DNA of 62,965 nucleotides, filler included, from Perkinsus chesapeaki ATCC PRA-425 (Eukaryota > Protista > Perkinsozoa), in assembly GCA_013115145.1 (NCBI GenBank). It is 7 parts of 7 records of this genome, joined end to end, with 100 filler letters (N's around TTAATTAATTAA, not from the genome) between each part and the next. Parts side by side here need not be neighbours in the genome. Positions count along the whole stretch, not along the records: positions 24,829 to 43,142 come from JAAPAO010000668.1; positions 43,243 to 44,908 come from JAAPAO010001836.1; positions 45,009 to 56,202 come from JAAPAO010000856.1; 4 more parts are not named here. One strand, given 5' to 3'. The position numbers and the translations under genes were made by a program. Positions 35,274 to 47,521 of the stretch are shown piece by piece. Within the stretch, counting starts at the first letter, position 1, and every line of letters starts with the position of its first letter. The notes below the pieces were generated by a model. The model had not been told where the DNA came from and made no database searches. It saw nothing but the letters and a program-made list of their open reading frames with translations.

Positions 35274-36834
35274 TCAAGGCAAATATCGACCGCGGAAGGA
35301 GCTACAAGCAAACTGAGTGGGGCAGAGGGGGGAGGTTACCTTTCCGAGTTGGGGGAACTCGGCAGCCAGACTGCTCCGGACATTACCGACTGTCCGGTTG
35401 CGGCCGACGCTTGCAAAGACCATCTTACCCCGGTGACCATTGCCCATAGCCTCTCGAGCAGGACCGAACAGGAGGACGCCCACACAGCCGGCAGGAGAGG
35501 AGAGCGCCTCAGAAAGGCTACTGGCGGAGGGAGATGAAATGGACGGGGGTGGCATACTACAGAGATGAAGGATGTGAACTCAAACAGCAGATAGTCTTGC
35601 GGAAACATGTACTGAAACGTGTCAGCAAACCTTCAGGACTTCCTTTATTATCGCATGGTACTTGTAGGCATCCTCGGCCACCAGCGCCACTGTGGAGGTC
35701 TGCCCTCCGGAGCAGCCGGCTGCCACCGCCAAGTCAGAGGGAACCCAACCATTTTGGTTGACAATTATGAAATTAACAACCTTCCCTGAAGGACTTGGAT
35801 ACCGCAATAAAGGAATGGGATATGCATCCCACGGCACACCGAGAATATCGGACATCTTCCGCGCCGCAGCAGCCACGTCGGGTGGACACCCAACACCGAT
35901 GAAGTCTCGAAAACTCGATAGCTCCATTTTTGCTTCAGAGGCTTCTGGCGCCGATCGAACTACTAATTTAGTGGCGCGCGTGACGTTCTGGTCTTCAGCG
36001 ATCCAATAAGTCCACGTCTGGACAGTCCTGTTCTTCTTTGCAGTCGAAGGCTCACGGTCTCGAATCTCCGGCTGCCTGAGGAGCTCCTCTGCAACCCCCC
36101 GTGCCCGAGTAGACATCGACCTTGTCGCCTCTCTAAGATATCTTTCCAGTTTGCCCGGCAGTCTCCCTTGCAACCACCAAAGCTCCACTGCCGTCTTCGC
36201 CAGGTTGTCCCCCTCACCTGGACCATATGAATACAGCTCCCAGGTCTGAGCAGCGACCCTCCTGCCGAGCTCTCCTACAATATCATTGCCGCCAGACCCA
36301 GACAGTGCGCATGCGTGCACGACAGCCGCTAGAGCCGAGAAGGACCAGCTGCCCTCCTCGCCGAGCCAGGACTTGCTGAATTCGACGGGAAGACGTTTGG
36401 TTGCTAAGGCTAAAGCGAGAGTAGCATTAGCAATATCCGATGGGTCTGTTAGGCGGAGCGAAGCGTTTTTTGTTTCACAGTTTTCGCTGGGTAATGAGTG
36501 TGTCTCCAGTGCATGCCAAAAAGCATGGGAGGGTTCGAGACCGAGGGCTGCCAAGCCGGCTGCGGTGCGAGAAATATCTCGTAGCACCGTACTTGACGGA
36601 GGCGAGCTCCAAAGAATCTTACGCGCCAAATCACCGAGGCCTGAGGGGAACTCGCTCCGGCTGAGACCGCGGTGATCGTTGCCGACCTGAGGTGTCCTGT
36701 TGTTGTATGAGCCGCCTGGAAGATTTCGATGCTGCATCGCTCCGCTGCAATTGAGAGAGCAATCCAACACCGTAGATGAGGCAAGTGAGGCTATGGGCAT
36801 CGGCTGGCTGGCATACTGGAGCTAGAGTAGTCAT
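35274..36834 (-). CDS. Helical-repeat (HPR/OPR/RAP-like) putative organellar RNA-binding protein
   Basis: The 392-aa ORF contains DISRTAAGLAALGLEPSHAFWHAL, PSDIANATLALA and WSFSALAAVVHACA, which resemble HPR/OPR units. The family call is by eye. Confidence 0.45.
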
Positions 36835-37498
36835 GGCGTGATGGACCAGACATTTGGCGACCTACAAGGCCAAGGCTAATACATCGACAAGGAAAGTAAG
36901 TCTGGTCGGGCTTATCAACTCATCGCCTACGCCGCCTCTAGAAGACAGACCAAGTCAGATCCCTTGGGTGGTCATCTTATCAACTCCCAGCAAGCGGTCT
37001 CTTTATGCACACCACTCGATAACGTCGAGCAGGCAAGGGAAGCCCTCTTTGCCCCCCCCTACCTCAGCCCATGCTCTATCACTGTCCCTGGCCAATTGAT
37101 GAGCTCTAGTTCTCGAAGCTGCCTGTGCGACCATACCGACCTCTTGCCAGCTCATTTGGTGGATCACCTACACTTTACATTCACATGTCCACCTATTCGG
37201 CATGACATACCATCGGCAATCGGCTCTGCAAAGCTTCATAACAACTACGCTCATCATAAGCCGCCTCGATTGGAGCACCATCCTCATCTACTCTAGTAGC
37301 GGTCTCTGAGTACCTTAACAAAGATTTGGAGGAAATTTGGTATTAAATAATATCGATAGGAGAACTAGCATGACACGAGTGAATCTTTATTCGTCGATTC
37401 GACCCCCACATCTACTCCTCGACGGGAACCCCTATACGAAATTGAGCCGGAAAGTCCCCTGCTGCCTCCGAGCGCCTCATCATTCATCATTCATGACA

Positions 37499-39477
37499 TC
37501 AACTACAGGCTGATGAGTTGCTCAGATCTACGCGATCATCCCAGAAATCTCCGATGCTGCTGCTGCTGCATTTCAGGGCTGCATCACTTTTATTCCCAAG
37601 AAGATATAGCCTTCCCCGCGACATGACTACGATACCCAAATCGATTAACCGTTTCATCCTCAGACGCCTTGCTGTACTGTTGTCCGTTGTCGAACACAGT
37701 TCCCTGCTTACATCAACCTGCTTAGTGCTCTCCATACGATAGCCAAGCCTTGCCCATCCATATACTTGCACTGACCAGGCACAAACCTCGCGCATGCTGC
37801 CACAACCTCGGAGTCTCGGATGGACACTCGACTGCATGCTGAGAGAATCTGTGCCTGATCGATAAAGAGGAAAAGTACGGAAAAATATCAGGAAAAAGTG
37901 GAAAAAGGAAAATTTCGGGTAAAAATATCGGAAAAGTACGGAAAAAGTTGGTGTTCCCCAAGTCTAGTGCAGATTAACTTAGCTATCGATCACCTGATCG
38001 ATTTACTCCTACCAGGTCTTTCACGTGCATTGTCGCATCATCTTCACCATCCACTTCGGTCGTCACTAAAATCCCTTCCCGCAAAATTTGTTGGAATAAT
38101 ACGTGGATCGTTAAAGCCGTCGGGAACTTCGAAAAGGAATGACAGAGCAATGCTACATCCTTAACACGGTATCTGACACCAATTTCGTGGCGCGTGACGG
38201 AAATATGTACTTCGACTGAGTCGGTCGATGTCTCTTTCCCAGCGCTCCAGCGAAGCAATCGAACACTTCCGTGATTGCCGGCATCTCTTCACTTCCGTCG
38301 ACTAATTCTGGAAATCTCTCATCAGCCAGCCGAACACAGGAGCTCGCAATGGCCGCTAGACTTCGACAGGAAAAAGTATCAACTCGCGACATGGCACGGC
38401 GGAGACATGCCGAGACAACCGCTGCAGATTCTGATGGAAAAACAGTAAAATGCTTCTCGTCTCTCCCCCAGCCACCTTCCTTGACATTTTTAGGTGAGCG
38501 TGTGCATGCGTGCAATATATAAGATACGTCCAGATGTGATGGATTACTCCGAGCTTCCATAGCTTCTACCGCCCTGAAATAATATAATTAATTTTTTCAT
38601 CATCACAAGAAGCCGTGCGCCGGACAGCATAGTTGCCGACAGTGAGTGTTGATAGTAGGGATAGATAGAGGTAAGGAATTGAGGCAACTGTCAGCAATAC
38701 TGCTGCGGCAGGAAGCGGCGACAAGCAAAGCAACCTAGACATCATATCCAACTCATTTCCATTAAAAGCGTTATTATAATATGACCGCGATAAAATATAA
38801 TAATTGCGAATAAGTAGTATTCGACCGTCCAAGACGCCACTGATGAGATCTCGCGTCAATTCCTGCGTACCAGACCCAGACTCCAAGTCGCCCATTCAGC
38901 ATAAGAGAAATGTGACTTCGAGGATCAAATGGAGTTGATAATTCGCGGTCAGTAGATAAAAAAGTACTATTAAGCATCCCCGAAAGGATACATGACATTC
39001 ACCCCTTGGCCTGCTGAACTACCCCTACCCACTACCCCTCCCCACTACCCCTCCCCACTACCCCTCCCCACTACCCCTCCCCACTACCCCTCCATACTGT
39101 GTCAGTGCTGCCTTCCACATTCCTATATCAGTTCTTCTTTTCTTAGATAACGTCGACAAGACTCTCCGAACGTCCTGTGGTCTCAGTGAACCCACCGCCG
39201 AGGACTCCACAGCAGCGCCAGCAGCAGCTTGGCGAAGGATCGAGCTGGTGGTGATGGGCATGTATGCGGGAGCTATGTAATCTGGATACAACAATATATG
39301 TTTGGCGTCGCTCCATCTCGCTCCAGCTCTAATTCTACTGCAGGCCGCAGATAAGTCAGAATTAGTAATCGACATGAGCCATGGTGATCCCCTGTCGACA
39401 AAGGAATATAAGACGAGGAAATTACTGATCCATGGTGCGATCGGTGAAGAAGCGCATCTCCCTGTCATCATAATCAT
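37499..39477 (-). CDS. Helical-repeat (HPR/OPR-like) protein, multi-exon; ends uncertain
   Basis: Segments LRPQDVRRVLSTLSKKRRTDIGMWKAAL, SHLDVSYILHACTR, FSCRSLAAIASSCVRL, K|YRVKDVALLCHSFSKF (through intron 38173-38210) and VYGWARLGYR. Confidence 0.5.
39018..39093. repeat. 13-bp G-rich (minus strand) tandem repeat, about 6 copies
   Basis: (ACTACCCCTCCCC)n, which reads GGGGAGGGGTAGT on the minus strand. Confidence 0.95.
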
Positions 39478-39984
39478 CGTCTACAACAATGTCCATATAA
39501 CCGGCCTTCGTGACTTGCGAAGAGATGGCCCTATAATACTACATAACCCTCCATCCTCTCCAACGGAGCTCCAATTCCGCAAGTGACTTTCTCTATGTCG
39601 CCAGTTACTGTCCAGCAGCACCACAGTGGGAAATTAATTATATGGATACGCGCAGCGGGTTCCGAATTCCCATATTAGCAAATGCTCTCGGCCCTTCTCC
39701 TCCATTCTACTACTACTTCCAACCGAACCGCCTACTTCCTCTCATTACCCGAATTTGATCCGCGAGTTACCGAGTCTTGCTTACTTCTCACCATGGCTTG
39801 CTTCGCTTAATCACAGTTATGTCTCCTACGCATCACATTCCATATATCCCCATCCAGCTCGCTGAGATATCGATTAACCATTGCCCTGTCCCCCTCAACA
39901 CAATCCTGTGCCATCTGGTAAAGGAAAGACTATTAACGTATACGTTGACTGCCGCGTCCGTCGTGGCAGCGAGACCGGCACCGC

Positions 39985-41658
39985 TCAGCTGTCGATTTGC
40001 TCCAGATCCGCCCGAGTTTTGCGGAACTTCTTCTTCCTTTGTGTCGTCGCTGTCTCCTCCTCCTCCTCTTCTGGTATACCTCTCTTCTCCGGGCCAGCAG
40101 CCTCTGTAGTCCCCCTCTTCAACAACTTCAAGAACTTACTCTTCGACGTTGTATCCACCCCTGACAGGTAACACACTCAATCACTTCATCCTTCTATCAT
40201 ATCCTATCACCGTCACGAATCTAGTTAGATCCATTCGACATCTCTTCGGTTCGACAGAAGCACTTCAAGATTAAACCGCTGCCACGTCTGGGCTCAGACA
40301 AGCTACATCTTTAAACTGCACACTTTAGTTAAATTCAATATCTTCCCTATTAATTCCTAACGTTATCACAGGATCACAACCTGTCCGAAAATGCGCCTTT
40401 TCCCAGCATTTTCCCGGCAAAACTAAAATTAGGGCCCTCCTGAAGAGGGCGTTTTATTACAGCACGAGAGAGTGGATGCCTCCCTCGCCCCTCATCAAGG
40501 AGCAGAGGCCCTTCTCAATTATGCAACATATAGATTAATTTATTAATACGATTATCCATATAATGCACACCGAGTTTCGCGTAGACAGGGGAGGTCTACT
40601 GCTACATACCCACCCACAAGAAAGTAGAATATTCACAGTAGGATGTGCAAAAACAACATCTCTGAGGAGGAGGAGGAGGTGCCGTGATAGTAATCATATA
40701 AACACTGACAACAATTGCCCACTGTTCTTCACTAGTCGTCTACCATACTGTTAGATTGTAATGACCAATATATATTATCGAAACTAATTACTAAGCAACA
40801 TAAATCACTAGTACGTTCATTAAGCCATCCACACTGTCTACAACAGTCATGCTTCTCACTGCCGTACCGTATTTTACCCCCGTCCGTAAGCGCTCCGTAG
40901 TCTCGCCTGCACGGTATACTTCTACCAATTCCCAGGTATTCGATATCTCTACCTCCTACCCCTTATTACGAGTATTAGGAACCTCTTCTTGAGCAGCCGT
41001 CACCTCCTCCCCCTCCTCATCGACATCATCAGCCACCTCCTCCACTGGTGTCCGGAATGTTTTCACCTACTCAGTTCTTCTTTGACCTTTAAGTACCCAC
41101 TTCCCCTACCGCATTAAACACCGCTACAACGCCCTTTGTAGCTATCCTCCGATACTCTCTCTCCAACGGTATCTCCATCACCGGAGGCTCTTCAACATGG
41201 AAGGCTGTTCGCAGTGCTTTTTTATGCTAAAACCAATGGTCTCCTTCTAACGATGCCGTTCGCCTACAGCAGCGAGCTTCCTCCTTATCTTAGCATCCTC
41301 CTTCTCTTCCTCTATTTTCTCGACAACCTACTCATACCGCTCTCTCCACAACTTCCTTTGAATTGCTAGTACCCCCTTGTCCTCGGCAAGTATAGGATCT
41401 TTTTGCTTGGTCCCTAGATCACGAGTAACGATTGTTTTGAATGCTGACGCGAAGGCTTTCACGCCGCCGCTTTCGACGGGAGCTTCCTCCTCTTCATCAT
41501 CATCCTCGAGAATGGACTCGACATCATCATCACTGCCAAATTCTAAACAGATATCTTTTAAGCAAGCACCAGCAAAATCTCATACCGTTTTCCTCGATAT
41601 GTTCCTCCAAATCAGAGGTACCCTCCACCTCAGGTTTATCCTTGACTATAGTAGCCAT
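39985..41658 (-). CDS. RRP15: RRP15-like pre-60S rRNA-processing protein, multi-exon
   Basis: Acidic N-terminus, then EREYRRIATKGVVAVFNA (Rrp15 signature resembling ER-LR-IAT-GVV-LFNA) and a distal TTSKSKFLKLLK. Linkage of the last exon is inferred. Confidence 0.6.
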
Positions 41659-41819
41659 TACGGACGCTAATTAACACATTAAGAAGCCATTCGATTTGAT
41701 AACACAACATTGATAACAGCCAGTAAACCCTCCTTAAGAGGACTACCAATCAGAGATCAGCAGCCCTCATCTGAGTTGTTGCTGACGACAGCGGCTAGTG
41801 CTCTCTCATAGCGTATAGC

Positions 41820-42231
41820 TTAATCGAAGAGATCGAAGCCCATGTCCTCATCCTCCTCCTCTTCCTCCTCAGCAGGCTTAGCCTCCTCAGCAGGGGCAGC
41901 CTCGGCACCAGCGGCAGCGGCACCAGCGGCGGGGGCAGCACCAGCGACGGCACCGACAGAGCCAGCGGCGGAGAGCATCTCCGAGACATCCTTGCCCTTC
42001 AACATACGGGCGAAGAGGACGGGCCAGTAGGACTCAACATGCTGAAAAGAACAAGAATAACGATAATTAATAAGTGGCATATCTTACTCTGGCGCCAGAA
42101 GCATGGATGAGGGCGTTGAGGTTATCCGAAGTAATCTCAACATCGGAATCGTGGCAGATGAGGGCGGCATAGGTGCACAAGAGCTCATCACGCTCAGTAC
42201 CGGGAAGATCGTTAGTGGGAACAGCGGCCAT
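41820..42231 (-). CDS. RPLP1: 60S acidic ribosomal protein P1 (2 exons: 42231-42088, 42041-41820)
   Basis: [13 protein letters not shown]...[13 protein letters not shown], an Ala-rich hinge, and C-terminal [14 protein letters not shown]. Confidence 0.96.
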
Positions 42232-42260
42232 GACTAGAGAGGCAAAGCAGTTTAAGCTGT

Positions 42261-42275
42261 CTGCGAACAAAGGCA
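42261..42275 (-). promoter_or_regulatory. Candidate 3' splice (possibly SL trans-splice) acceptor upstream of RPLP1
   Basis: Pyrimidine-rich CTTTGTTCGCAG about 29 nt upstream of the ATG. The trans-splicing role is inference. Confidence 0.3.
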
Positions 42276-42664
42276 GATGTAAAGAAGCTTCCAACGCACC
42301 ATCGAGCGCTATATCATAATCGATCAGATGGGCGAGCGAGATTTACAACGCGCATCTTCGAGTGATGCGCTGCTCCCCTCGCGCGGTGAATCCTCTTCCT
42401 CTTCTCCCATAGATCTCTACGCGTCAGCGTCGCGTGAGGGTGGCCGGGTTTTCCGGTGCCAAGTAGAGATCGGCTTGACTTGACTTCCTCCTCTTCTACT
42501 GAGCTTTGCTTCCCCCTCCTCCTTCGTTATGACTAATCCACCTAATGTTCCCGTCGTCTTTTAGTATTCCACATGTTTTAATTGTTATATCGTATCATCT
42601 AAGCCGATGTAGGCTGCTGATAACTCTTATAACTCAACAACCTTGACAATCGGGTAAAGTAACG

Positions 42665-43134
42665 TTAGTGGGTGCTGTTAGTTTCATCATCAACTGCTCC
42701 TCCTTCTTCATCTTCATGCCGGTCTCCCCTCTGCCTCCTAGACCGTGTCCCTAATAACACAATAACCATCCCCTCTCATCACCATCCCCCCGTACGTTTC
42801 CTCTTTGTCGTTTGCTCTTCTTCCTCTATATGTTGTATCTTCCTCTTCTTGCAGCTCAGTGGGTTCGGTGCCCTAGGCCCTCGACTTCGTTTCTTTTTGG
42901 TATCTGATGACCTCCTCATCACCAACCCTCGGCAAGCTGCTTTAGATTACCTCTCTGTTGGGCCTCGTCGGCTGCCGCAGCCACCTTGGCCTCCTCCTGC
43001 CGAAGTAGAGGCAATTTGCTCTTCTCCCATGATTGAACCGATTGTTTATCTGCCAGAAGAGCAACTTCGATAGTAACATATTTCCTATCAAACTCCTTTC
43101 TATTATATCTCCTCCTCCGTATCACTAGTAACAT
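42665..43134 (-). CDS. UTP23: UTP23-like rRNA-processing protein, 3' part only (5' end lost in gap)
   Basis: KKKRSRGPRAPNPLSCKKRK matches the Utp23 C-terminal GPNPLS-KKK motif. It is preceded by a charged helical exon. Confidence 0.6.
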
Positions 43135-43142
43135 ATTTCCTA

Positions 43143-43242
43143 NNNNNNNNNNNNNNNNNNNNNNNNNNNNNNNNNNNNNNNNNNNNTTAATTAATTAANN
43201 NNNNNNNNNNNNNNNNNNNNNNNNNNNNNNNNNNNNNNNNNN
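43143..43242. other. Assembly gap with artificial linker
   Basis: 44 N + TTAATTAATTAA (43187-43198) + 44 N. Confidence 0.97.
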
Positions 43243-44908
43243 GCTTGGAAGACCTTGGAAAAATGTGAGTGGGAACGAGCTGCAAACACCGTCATTGATG
43301 GAGCGTGAAATATTAAAACGGTAAGATTCTCTGTGGGATCTTCGAGAGTGCGCAAAGTTATCCCTTTGTGTGTCATCTCCTACTATGCGTAGAGTGACAT
43401 CAGCTTTTTAAAATACTGTACAAACAGTTAAGGAGACTTTCGTGGCAGTCCGGTCAAGTGTTACTGAGCGAACTTACCGAGAGCCTCTCTACACTGCATC
43501 CTTCGGGTTGCTCATCAAACGTCACCGGAAGGACGACGTGCACGGGCTTCAGGTTTGTGGGGATGTCCGTTAGCACTTTACTAGGTCTTGGCCTACCTTT
43601 CAACGCCAAATACAAGTCTCACACTCTCACTAGGTTTCAGTCTAGTTATGACAGTTGGTCACGTGCCTAAGGTCCTTCTCCTTTGCTCTCAACAGTTTTC
43701 CTTACTGTCATCATCATGCACAGAGTGCTCTGGCGTTGATCGGTGATCTACCACCTTTCCAATCTGCTCTTTTTTTAGCTTACATGCTGCAGGGCTGCAT
43801 TTCATGCTGCCCACATCTCTCACAAGTCCGACAAGCCAGTAAGTAACCGGAAGGAGAACCGGTGAGAAGTATTGTGCCTGCATAGCCCAATACCGAAGCT
43901 TTACTGCTGGTTCTACTCTATTGCATCGTGGAGCTCACAATCCATGACAGTTCGCCAGCTAATCCGTGTGTTTTGAGCTCTGTCTCCTACCATGTTCGGC
44001 CTTTTACTTGTGGAAGTTCAGCCAGCTACAAGTTCCGAGTGAGGAAACATATCATAATGCTTTCATTGTAGCCCCCCCCTGCAGCAGTGCTCGCCCCCAC
44101 GTTGCCCCCTCTGCTGGCAGGTATGGGTGCTGTGGGGTATGGGTTTTGGGGACAGTAATTGACCCTTAGCGGTGTAGGTCCGCCCCCACCTTGCCCCCCC
44201 CACTGTCAAGTACCCAGCTACGCCACTGGTTTGGAGGCACTGCAGCTTCCTCTACTACTAAAGAACACAATACATACAATAGAACCTCGAAAACGCGCAA
44301 TATGAACCGAAATTGATGAGCCCAAAACCAATCGCTTCTAAAGAAGGGTTTAATTATACTGAGTACTTCGAAAGGATGCATACAGTATTCACCGCAGTGG
44401 AGCGACCCTCCCAACCCTCTTATTTAAAGGCTCTAAAATAGGGTGAACCCCTGTCCGGACCAAATCAGCCGAGAGAAATGAAGTCTGTAGGAGACCAGGT
44501 TTACAATCTTAAATGCTGCGTTACCAGTGACTAGTTTTTGGCTTTGTGTTCTGCAGTGGAGCTGCTCCACTGGGGCATCTGATGTCGAATTGGTAAAAAT
44601 TGGTGTCCGAGTCGCTACTGGATTCGTTGGTAGTGGCCTGCGGTGGACGAATTGGTACCTCATCTCGTCCAGTGTACGAAATTGTCCGTAGATGAGTTGG
44701 TCGGTGGACCAGCTGATCTGATCAGCCTGATCACTGGACCAGTTGACAGTGGACGAATTAGACTACACGGTGTAGTCTACACCGACACACCGCATGTCCC
44801 TAAGTATTTTGTGCGCTATTGACTGTGGTGGCCGGTAATATCACACTTTTTTCGCTACATTACAGCTGAATGTTCTGATGGGAGAGAAGTAGCCTATTGG
44901 TCCCGTTC

Positions 44909-45008
44909 NNNNNNNNNNNNNNNNNNNNNNNNNNNNNNNNNNNNNNNNNNNNTTAATTAATTAANNNNNNNNNNNNNNNNNNNNNNNNNNNNNNNNNNNN
45001 NNNNNNNN
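44909..45008. other. Assembly gap with artificial linker
   Basis: 44 N + TTAATTAATTAA (44953-44964) + 44 N. Confidence 0.97.
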
Positions 45009-47099
45009 GGAGTGATGCCAAGTGTGTAAGGTAAACCTGAAGGACAGGAATAACAACTCCAACCAAACTAGATTACACCAATAATACTGACTCGATATCT
45101 TCCTCACCTTTGGAGTTAGACTCATTTATATGTAGTAAGTTATCATGGAAGACTTTCTTACGATAAGCTTCATCCAGCCCGAAGTTGTGACCGAATCTGA
45201 GTAGACGAGCCGAATAACGGCGCAGGAGTTAAGGGAGTTGTGACCTTTCCTTATAATCAGCGAACACCGCGTTTAGCTGAATTGCCGTGTATTGCCCATA
45301 TCCAAGCCCAATGACGAGGAAGGAAGTGCAGAACAGCATGCCACTGGTGAGTATATGAGTAACAACTACTGGATTCTTACAACAACATTGGTCCAAAATG
45401 TTAACTCGAATTAGAGCTTAATCGAGTCTTGATGGGCCGTTAATAACTCGCTCGGCCAGTCCGGCGGTGTTCAGAGAAGGTGGGCACACAGTGCGTGCCG
45501 AACACGCCTCTCCCGCACAGAACCGCTCTCGAAGATGTACACTGATTATTCTAACTAAGCCAACTTACACTGATTGCGTACAGAATTTCGAGGGTATATT
45601 GCTGCTATTAAAAACCGTTAGATAACATTTACTTCATAAAGTTATCAGCGGTGGTATGTTGGGCAATTAGTCGAAGATTTAACAATTATGGACTGTGCTG
45701 TACTGCGCCGAAAGAAAGGCCCCCGTCACGAGTCTCGTGTGGAGCACAATGTACGTGTTCCGGGTTCCGTTACATGTCTCAGATAATCTGAGTCAGATGA
45801 CTTCTGTAGAGTCACTGTAAACTCTTATCTGGACATGCGTGAACTACTAATGCTAACAGTATGCTTCGCCCAGCGGATCTATAAGTCTTACTCAGCGTCC
45901 CAATTGCTACAGAGCGTTCTTCCGCACAAAAATGCCACTCATTGTGCCAGTGTGCATCGGCATGACCATGACAGCGCCACGCCACTGAGTCTAAGGGTCG
46001 TGACAAATCGTGAATGAGCACAATACTTAGGCCAGATTACATTGGATCTCACTCAAGAAGTGAGATTAGCTGCTAACTGACTTATCAAGTGATCGCATCA
46101 AGTTGCAGGTCACTGGGGTGCTGCTATTATGTTTGACCCAATTTGCCACTGTGCAACTTCGAACAATGCCCACTGTGCCACTATGTGCCCAATCCGGGAC
46201 CGTGCTCACGACGCAACTCACTCACAGAGACAATCGACTGCAGCTCCTTGTGAATATGATCATCCGTGAAACCAGTCGCGAAACCAGCGAAACCGTGAAA
46301 CCAGCGACGCGACTCGTCCGGGACAGCCTGTCCCCATCCTACACTTCATGTTTCTCTTGTGCGATAATGTGTGACGCTCGAGTCAGGCGTGATCGTAAAC
46401 TGTGTATTGCGGGCCGCACCTGTAGCTCTTCCAGCCTATGGCTCCCGATGGCTCAATGAAAACTCGACCCTTTTGTTGATTGAGTGACAGGGGCTAGTGT
46501 GCAACACTGTTAATAACAGGCTAATATGCTATTGGCGTAACATTGCTGTAGCAATGTCGCTCGTGAAACTGGTGTTGCTACATGAAACTTCGTAGCACAT
46601 ATCGTAGCCGATAGCTTATAGGCTTAAAGTTGAGCAGAAAAAAACTTGGAGATCGTGAAAGCGAGTTTTCACTGAAAAGAATGCGATTATATCCATTATA
46701 TCTGGTGGTTCAAAGCTAAGCATAGGGCCGTCACAGGTCATGACGAGCCGTCTCCAGAAACTAACTCCAGATGTTAACATATCCCACACATCTATGCGTC
46801 TTTAGACTGCATTCATGCTTTACAAGATTCGTTGACCTGTGTTATCCCTCCCGGGTGATAGACAGTTCCAGCCAGCGCACAGGGTACTGCTACGTCACCG
46901 AATCACTCTCTGGACGACAGAAGCACCTTGGACTTTGCTTGATATCAGTTTAAGCCTTAATCCAAACCACTTCAGCAAATCTGGCGTTCTTAGAACAACC
47001 TGCAAACTTCAGGGCAGATGGTATCTGGCCTCACTGGGAGCCACACATGGCACGTCCCGCGTATCAGGAATCGACTGGCAGGAAATAAGAACCATGCGT

Positions 47100-47521
47100 T
47101 CTCAAAGTCTGATCTTACCGTAACATCCAAAAAGGTGAGCTATTATGCAGTAAATGATATCCACATCGATCAAATTAGAGTTCTACCGCTGTGAATTGCA
47201 ACGCCTAGGTTGCCATGCTCAAATCATGTAATTGAATTGATGGCTCGATTTTTGATGCTGATCGCAACCCGCGAGCCTCTCACCGAGCAAAGGCCAACGG
47301 CACAGGCTAAAGCTTGCTGGTTGGTAGGCCGGGTATTCCCTCTTCTGAATGAGTGGGCTTGGGGAACTCAGTACCTGTGCCGGCAACGTCTTATAGACGT
47401 CCTAAATTTGCTCTGGCTCTTAAAGTGGGAATCTAGGGGTGAGAGAGCGCAATGGTTTGCTTTCCCCTTTCCATGCGAGCTATACGATAGTGCATTGTGT
47501 ACTGAGGGAGTGCCTTACTAG
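47100..47521 (+). mobile_element. Possible highly decayed hAT-like transposase fragment
   Basis: SSTAVN and LPCSNHVIELMA in neighbouring frames resemble the DTT-x-VN and C-x-x-H-x-x-EL motifs of hAT-like transposases. Multiple stops. Confidence 0.25.
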
